A DNA stretch of 58,532 nt from Nemertoderma westbladi (taxonomy: Eukaryota > Animalia > Xenacoelomorpha), in contig JAUCBJ010007802.1 of assembly GCA_032718475.1 (NCBI GenBank), positions 1 through 58,532 on the forward strand, read 5' to 3'. The notes under the pieces are model-generated. The model worked only from the letters and a program-made list of their open reading frames with translations. It had not been told where the DNA came from and did not search any database. The position numbers and the translations under genes were made by a program. Positions 51,319-58,532 of the stretch are shown here, piece after piece (within the stretch, counting starts at the first letter, position 1; each line of letters opens with the position of its first letter).

Positions 51319-52195
51319 CATGAAGGCGAACTCCAACCGATAAGTAGGCCTACCTTGAGTAGCTCCCCTTCATGGAGGCGAACTCCAACCGATAAGTAGG
51401 CCTACCTTGAGTAGCTCCCCTCCATGGAGGCGAACTCCGACCGATAAGTAGGCCTACCTTGAGTAGCTCCCCTCCATGGAGGCGAACTCCAACCGATAAG
51501 TAGGCCTACCTTGAGTAGCTCCCCTCCATGGAGGCGAACTCCGACCGATAAGTAGGCCTACCTTGAGTAGCTCCCCTCCATGGAGGCGAACTCCAACCGA
51601 TAAGTAGGCCTACCTTGAGTAGCTCCCCTCCATGGAGGCGAACTCCAACCGATAAGTAGGCCTACCTTGAGTAGTTCCCCTCCATGGAGGCGAACTCCAA
51701 CCGATAAGTAGGCCTACCTTGAGTAGTTCCCCTCCATGGAGGCGAACTCCAACCGATAAGTAGGCCTACCTTGAGTAGTTCCCCTCCATGGAGGCGAACT
51801 CCAACCGATAAGTAGGCCTACCTTGAGTAGCTCCCCTCCATGGAGGCGAACTCCAACCGATAAGTAGGCCTACCTTGAGTAGCTCCCCTCCATGGAGGCG
51901 AACTCCAACCGATAAGTAGGCCTACCTTGAGTAGCTCCCCTCCATGGAGGCGAACTCCAACCGATAAGTAGGCCTACCTTGAGTAGCTCCCCTCCATGGA
52001 GGCGAACTCCAAGCGATAAGTAGGCCTACCTTGAGTAGCTCCCCTCCATGAAGGCGAACTCCAACCGATAAGTAGGCCTACCTTGAGTAGCTCCCCTCCA
52101 TGGAGGCGAACTCCAACCCATAAGTAGGCCTACCTTGAGTAGCTCCCCTCCATGGAGGCGAACTCCAAGCGATAAGTAGGCCTACCTTGAATAGC
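51319..52195. repeat. 52-bp minisatellite, ~17 near-identical copies
   Basis: Unit GAGGCGAACTCCAACCGATAAGTAGGCCTACCTTGAGTAGCTCCCCTCCATG. Confidence 0.97.
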
Positions 52196-53020
52196 AGCTC
52201 CCTTTGATGTATCAGATTAACTACTGATGTCGTTTAATGTATATTTGTTAATCGCAATACTACATACATAGACATACAACACAATAAAGACATTTAAACC
52301 ACAAATGTGTCACTGTGAAAACGGATAAAATCTAGCACACAACACTTTTCTTAAAACAGCCTGAAAAATTAAATCGGCATAATTGAGTAGGAAGCAGTGT
52401 TACTGACGCCAAAGTTGTTGTTATTTGGAAGTCCTGGCTGATAATACCAGCTAATTCAACATGAATTTATACAAATAATCAAGCAATCAATGATAAGTAC
52501 AAGGCGATAAATATTCGTTTATAGAAAAGGAACAACTCTAATTATATTAGTTAATATTCACGGGCTATTTAATATCGTATTATTTGGTTTTTACGGTAGA
52601 AATAGAAATACAAAATCAAAAGTAGAATTATTAAATAAAACATATAACCACACACTGCTTTAATGAGTTATTAATAATTACATACCGGTATTGTATACAG
52701 AAAAACAAAATGTATAATGGATATATTATATTCGGTAAATAATTATTAGTAATTAAATAGGGATCGGTCTAAATTAAAACGGGCTGGTTATAAGTATGAG
52801 AGACATTATAGTTGACAACTATAATACTGTACATAAATATGTTCACTAAGGTAAACATGCTGTCACGTTGCTATGGCAATGTTACGATAAAACAGTGTAA
52901 CATTGCACTCAATAACATCAGTGGAACCCAATAGTTGTTACCAAATAATCTATTAACATTTCGATTTAAATATTAAATAATCAAACTAAATTAACTCCAG
53001 ACTCACTCTGATCTGGTCTA

Positions 53021-53021
<1 letters not shown>

Positions 53022-53059
<38 letters not shown>
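53022..53059. repeat. (AAT)n microsatellite
   Basis: About 12 perfect units. Confidence 0.9.
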
Positions 53060-53691
53060 GTACTGCCATTTAGCAAACTAACAAGAGGTAACAACTAACA
53101 GTAAGCTGACGATACACGTAATCTTAACCTGTTCCATGAAAATAAACAAACTAACATCCACAAAGAATAGAAAGGAATTTAAGAGCAAAATTATTATTAT
53201 AAGCTAAGATATCAAACACCGTGTATCTCATAGCACCAATGTGTATCACCAGCATTGACATAGAGTTTATGTAATAAAGATACGAATACCTAAAGGAAAC
53301 TATTATCGTGGTTATTAGTCCTACTGAGAGACAACGACCCGTCCGTGGTGTCAGCCAATGGCGACCGGCCATACTTAGCCAAGAATTCGTTAATGTCTTC
53401 CCGACTTGTGTCGCTATCATCATCCCCGCTATCCTCATCGTCGGAGGGGAGATCAGCCGTGTCACTGCCGTCCTGGAAACAGAAGAGAAACTCTCAAAGT
53501 TGTGGTATATGGTAGGACTTTATGCGACGGTTGGGAGGTCAGTGGGGTAGGATATGAATAAATATAATTAATGATGAAATAATAATTAAATTTTCAAATA
53601 AAGTTTTATTAATCGTATAAAATCTACCACTTGATATGGTTGCAGCTCTCGTCTCTATGGCGATCGGATTTTGAAACCCCTCAATAATGAA

Positions 53692-53762
53692 ATACCGTAT
53701 AATAAAGTTTACCGTATAATAAAGTTTACCGTATAATCTAGTTTACCGTTTAATAAAGTGTT
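53692..53762. repeat. 17-bp short tandem repeat (TACCGTATAATAAAGTT, ~4 copies)
   Basis: Two perfect and two degenerate copies. Confidence 0.75.
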
Positions 53763-54159
53763 GCCGTTATCCCTACACCAGGGGGGAAAAACGCCGATGC
53801 TGGAGACGTGACTTAACAGACCACCGAGCCCCGGCCAGTCACCGGATATTGATTGTGGGGAGGGAATATTTTCTGAGATGCAAGTTTGCGGTTGATAAAA
53901 AGCTGCATTAGTTGGATATACTCTTTAATGTAACTTCCTATAGTTGAAACCCGTTCAACATCATTGAAACTTGATTAAGAATAATTTTGGGCTTCCCCAA
54001 ATCAATATACACCAAATATTCACAATAATTATACACGATAATATAAATCCCTACAGTATATTATTTAATAACCCACTGTTTGCTCAGAATTTTAGCCTAC
54101 CTAATGTTCTCCAGATTTTCCCTCGGTCCCAGTCTTAGTGCCGTAGTGTCGGTGTCGGT

Positions 54160-55060
54160 CGACCCTGTCGCGTGTCCGTTCCACCCCTCACGAACCCCGA
54201 AGGGAACGATCATCGAGAACCAGCACGGCTTGGCTAAGGGTCGGTCCAGTCGGTAGACTCTGTCGCGTATCCGTACCACCCCTCTCGAACCCCGAAGGGT
54301 TCGGTCATCGAGAACCAGTACGGCTTGGCTAGGAGTCTGTCGTGTCGGTGGACCCGTTCGCGTGTCCGTTCCACCCCTCACGAACCCCGAAGGGTTCGAT
54401 CATCGAGAACCAGAACGGCTTGGCTAGGGGTCCGTCAGTTCATCACAGAAACCCAACCACCTAGGCTTTCCGAGTCCGTTTCAGGCTCGTAGTCGCTTCG
54501 GCAGCCGAGAAACTGCTCCGAACAGTCGGTAGGCCAGTAGAGTCTAGTCGAGTCTAGTCCTTTGTCTTTCGACCCCATCGCGTGTCCGTTCCACCCCTCA
54601 CGAACCCCGAAGGGAACGATCATCGAGAACCAGTACGGCTTGGCTAAGGGGTCTGTCGTCGGTTCCCGTCGCAAATCCCAGTACAAGCAGTCAGCGTTCC
54701 GAGTTCTTTTCAGTCTCGTAGTAGCTGCCGTTGACCAGAGACCGCTAAGGGCAGTTCTCGTCAAACCCGTCCTGTGGCCAGCCCTTTCGCATGTCCGTCC
54801 CACCCCTCACGAACCCCGAAGGGATCGGTCATCGAGAACCAGTACGGCTTAGGTCAGGGGGCAGTCGTTAGTTGGCCACCCGTTCGCGTGTCCGCTCCAC
54901 CCCTCACGAACCCCGAAGGGAACGATCATCGAGAACCAGAACGGCTTGGCTACTAAGGGGCCGTCGGTGCCCGTCGCAAATCCCTGACACAAGCAGTCAG
55001 CGGTCCGAGTTCTTTTCAGTCTCGTAATGGCTGCTGTTGGCCAGGGACCGCTAAGGGCAG
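54160..55060 (-). ncRNA. Array of structured RNA hairpins: 6 type-I (K-turn/UUCG) and 2 type-II
   Basis: Type-I copies at 54160-54243, 54255-54338, 54350-54433, 54571-54653, 54781-54862 and 54874-54962, with covarying closing stems. Type-II copies at ~54665-54754 and ~54969-55060. RNA function is inferred. Confidence 0.55.
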
Positions 55061-55535
55061 TCCTTGTCCTTTAGGCCTGGCGCATTACCAAATCCACCCC
55101 TACAGGCAGCAGGAAGTTGGCCAGGGCCTAATAGTACTCAGGCTAACCTGAATACTGCTTGCATTTTCCATCCCCCCCTGGCCCTTATAACTATGAAATT
55201 ATTCCCGTACCCTGTAAGTTGCCCCAAAGTTCGCCCATAAATCGCCCCCAGTTTCTTGAATGTGCCCAAAACCCATGGTCCCGCACCCAGTAGTAATATC
55301 GGAATAATCAATTTTAAATAAATACAAAAATATTCAACTCGCGTTATGGAAAGTTGAAATACCGCGAACAGTCCCCCCCAATGACCTTCGTGAAGTCTGT
55401 CGGTCGATTGAGTTTGCGTAGGTCATTCCCAATATAAAAAACCCAAATTTAATATTGCATAGTTTTTAATTAATTTGGCCTAGAGTTTGTATAAAAATAA
55501 ATGTTCGATAAATGTTCCTGGAATATCCCGATCCA

Positions 55536-58114
55536 CTATTTCTTTCTCTGATACGCCTTTCGTCTCTTCGCCCGTCGACTCTCATCGATCGCTATGGCTG
55601 GTAGAGGAGCGTCAACATCCATCGTGAGTAACGCTTCGGCTTGTCTCCTGGCGGCTCTTCCTTTCGAAGGCATCGGGATCATGTCGGTTCGTCTCTCCAA
55701 CTCAGATTTGCGTGCCTCTAGGAACCATTCTCCGTCACCGAACTCCTCTTTATACGAGTATAATCGTCTAATGACTTCAAATGGACCGAATAATCCGGCG
55801 CTCAGTAGCAGATCCACGTAATGGAAAGGTAGCGTGGCCGACGTGTGGAGGCGTTCCGGGAAGGAGAAATATCCGCACGCCATCTCCTGCGCGATATTCC
55901 GAGCGTTTCTCCGAACAGGTCTTTAAGTGGCTGTTTGCGTATGTCTCAAACATGACCATATTGCCCATAGCGGTAACGTCTTTGGTTGGACATTTGATAT
56001 AGCAGCGGGGGCTAGAGGAATGTCCACGGAAACCGCACGTGGTGCAGAGGTTATAAAGGATCGGGCAGACGGAAACGTCGTGGCCCGATGTCGCGCAGTA
56101 TGGGCAATAGAGTATACCGAGGAGCTGGAGGCATGAATCGGTAACCCGATTCCTTCTGCTGCGTGGGCACTGCTCCGAACCGCAGTCGCCGCATACCTCC
56201 AACTGCATCTCTCGACCAGGAAATATCGGAATCGGGACGCCGACGTAGTATTCGAGTCGTCGGTCGCTCTTCGGAATATTCTCGGTGGTCGGTAGCCCGC
56301 GGAATGCTAGGCTTTTGCGTAATAGGTTCTCGCTCCGATAACCTTCTTTGTGTCCCGCTGGTCTCAACTCGGATGACCGTTTCTGGCGGTGGATCCATTC
56401 AGTTTGCTCGGCGTACCAACGGGTTAGTCGCATAGGGTCCTGAGGAACGGCGGGTGTAGTAGCCACCGCTGGTCGGCGAAGAGGTGCCGGGGTTTTCGAC
56501 GGAGGGATACCGAGGAGATCGTCGGGGGTCGGCGCATCGCTGGGGCCCTCCTCGATCAGTATCGCTGCGCGGGTCCGTTGGTGGCTGGTACTCGGAATCT
56601 CCGACGACCAATCTTCGCCACCCGGGAAAGGATACGGGGATAACCGTTGGCATATGTCGCCGAAGTCGCTCAATGCAGCTGTAGTGGCTACCTCCCTCGC
56701 GGGGCTACCGGAGCCGCGTGGGGTGTAAACGCCTGCTCTCTTCATCGGTTCGGCCGAGGCAACCCGTTTGGCGGCCGGTCCATACGCGGCCTCCGGCTCG
56801 AGTTGTCGCTTCGGGGTGGAGAGTAGAACACCCTCGTTTAGCCATATCTCTTCCCCTTCCGAGGAGATCAGAGGCTCCTCCGCACCGAGAAGTTCGGTAA
56901 TCGTAGGGATGTCGTAAGGTCCGCTCTCGTCCCAGGAATCGATAACGGCGGGTGTTTTCGATTCTCCCGGTGTAATGTTCTCGACCGCTTTAAACGCGTG
57001 GTTTATAACCTCGTTCCAGTCGTAGTCGACGAAGGAAAGGGGGACCGCCGTAATAAGGTTATCGAGAGTTTTACAGATAAACTTAGCGACGGTGTAGCAC
57101 TCCATAACGACGTAAACGTAGTTCCGTCGATCAGGATTCTCCCACCTTTGGTGTATCGTCCACTTCCGATCAACGTCCTTCCATCGACCCTCTCGCTCGC
57201 TCTTTATTTCCAATCCCGGGTATCCACCGTATATTTTATTATAGTCCCGGAATTTCTGGGGTTTGAAGTCGATACCGCCGTTGAGCACAGCGAGGTAGCC
57301 GATCCCGGATTTCGTCGGTCTCACCTCTTGGAATCCTCGCATGAACTCGGCGAATCGTAACCAGGCTAGTAGCGTTTGAGTGTCGATGCAATGGCTAAGG
57401 GCGTTGAGGTCGTCTCGTCGGTTTCTTCCTGCAGGGGCGTTCGCGTAGTCGTTCCGGACGTCCGCCTTGATATCCGACCCGATTTTAATGACGTCAAAGT
57501 CGAAGAGGATCTTTTGGATTTCCGGAGGCAGCAACCAGATCGCTCCGGCTGCCTGCACTTCCTGTCTGGGTGTCGGGAATATTCGGCACACCAGTACCAA
57601 ACCGTCCAGGGTTCCGAGGACGACGACTAAGGATCGACCGTATTCTTTCGCCCCGTACTTTTCTTGGTAGTCGTCTCGGTTTTGGATAATCGATACGCGT
57701 TCCTCTCGAAGCGTTTCCCCAGTGGGCGAGGTACGTACTCTTGTCGTCGACGAAACTTTGACATCTCGCCAACGTAATCGCTTTCGAGGTGGGCGTCGCG
57801 TTTCCCTCGTTGTCGTAGATCAAACATCGGGATCTGTAGACGCTCTGCCGGAACGTTTCCCAAAACGACGAATCGTCCCCTCCGGTTGCCTTTGCGTTCC
57901 GAGTTCTTTTCAGTCTCGTACTAGCATCAGCTAACCGGAGGGCTCGTAGATTCTTAGAATCCGGTCCCTCTCGCCCGGTGAATTTAATGACTCGCACGTT
58001 CTCATTTAGCAGGGTGCTCCAATTTGTATCAAAGTCAGGGGATCCGGGTTGCGAATATTCCAGTAGATCTATCGTGTTACGTAATTCGCCGATAATTTGG
58101 CGATTTGGGTCCAT
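55536..58114 (-). pseudogene. DEDDy-like 3'-5' exonuclease + triple zinc-module cargo gene (~860 aa when two frameshifts are corrected)
   Basis: ORF 57494..58114 supplies ExoI-like LIYDNEG. The next frame supplies VVVLGTLDGLVLV, LPPEIQKILFDFDVIKIGSDIKADV (ExoII), IDTQ, GIGYLA and YVVME (ExoIII position), then CGDC/CPYC..H..CP/CTTC..GH. ORF 55536..55883 continues homology (GYFSFP ~ GVYAFHP of ORF 6710) and ends in a basic tail. The frameshifts may be real or assembly errors. Confidence 0.7.
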
Positions 58115-58532
58115 ATTTACGATTATATCCGTTACAAATTAGATCAGTTAATTATAAGTCCAGAAAGTCTGAAACTATAGCGATAGCAGAATAATTCAGT
58201 TTTTTATTTAATTCAGTTTATTAATAACATTGCTATATAGGCATCTATCATCTTATTGCTAATACATTCAGCATTTACAGTTACTATAGCTATACATAAT
58301 ATCCAACCAGTTTTTTTATGACTTTTTTGTCCTTTTCTTTTTTCTAATTCTTTTCTTTGACCTTTTTTATACCTTTTTTTGTCTTTTTTCATTTCATTAT
58401 TATTTCATCTTATTTCATTTATTTCCACGTATATTTCAACATTTAGTTCCACCATTTATTTCACATTTATTTATTTCCACATCATCATTTGGGTTTATAG
58501 CCCCCCGGCTATCATCATTGGTTATAAGCGCA

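Larger units (their letters stand above)
53130..55370 (-). repeat. Candidate 3' LTR of element C (~2.2 kb)
   Basis: On the minus strand a G-rich PPT (TGGGGGGGAC) is followed by TGTTC at 55370, with a matching inverted end GAACA at 53130. It lies 165 bp downstream of the cargo ORF, as in element A. No second LTR is in the window to confirm it; an alternative start is at 55170. Confidence 0.5.
53130..58532 (-). mobile_element. Probable LTR retrotransposon element C, 3' part (cargo gene + LTR)
   Basis: The cargo ORF is homologous to that of element A and has the same ORF-PPT-LTR order. Gag/pol would lie beyond the window. Confidence 0.55.

Noticed and set aside
38850-52195. CRISPR interpretation of the 22-bp and 52-bp arrays
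   Set aside because: Units are head-to-tail with no unique spacers, there are no cas genes, and the context is eukaryotic.
54160-54962. SECIS, hammerhead or CRISPR identity for the hairpin array
   Set aside because: An AUGA/GA core is present, but the stem is only ~7 bp with a UUCG loop and no apical AA. There is no CUGANGA...GAAA core, and the linkers are irregular in length.
57700-57810. Programmed -1 frameshift at G-GGA-AAC heptamers in the nuclease gene
   Set aside because: A -1 shift enters the short 57627..57863 frame, not the exonuclease frame. A single extra base in the G4 run (57717-57720) explains the break more simply.

Overview
This is a TE-dense, intron-poor eukaryotic (most likely invertebrate animal) window. 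There are three host-type genes: single-exon MAD1 (-), two-exon centlein/CNTLN (-) with a 3.5-kb 22-bp satellite in its intron, and an intronless lysA/diaminopimelate-decarboxylase-like gene (+). Mobile DNA includes a complete Sola2-type DNA transposon (ATAT TSD, long TIRs, spliced transposase) nested in the 3' half of an LTR retrotransposon (element A). A complete BEL/Pao element (B, 12269-24330) has apparently identical 1277-bp LTRs and a CTTGG TSD; it keeps an open Gag-protease ORF but lacks RT and integrase. The 3' end of a third probable LTR element (C) lies at the right edge. There are also four decayed LINEs, an intron-bearing CRE-like fragment, a MITE and several tandem repeats. The main candidate system is a shared cargo gene in the env position of elements A and C, encoding a DEDDy-like 3'-5' exonuclease (ExoIII YxxxE) fused to a triple Cys/His zinc module. 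Element C also carries a 3' array of covarying RNA hairpins with K-turn/UUCG features, and a second hairpin class whose core recurs inside the nuclease ORF. All family assignments come from motif recognition by eye; no searches were run.
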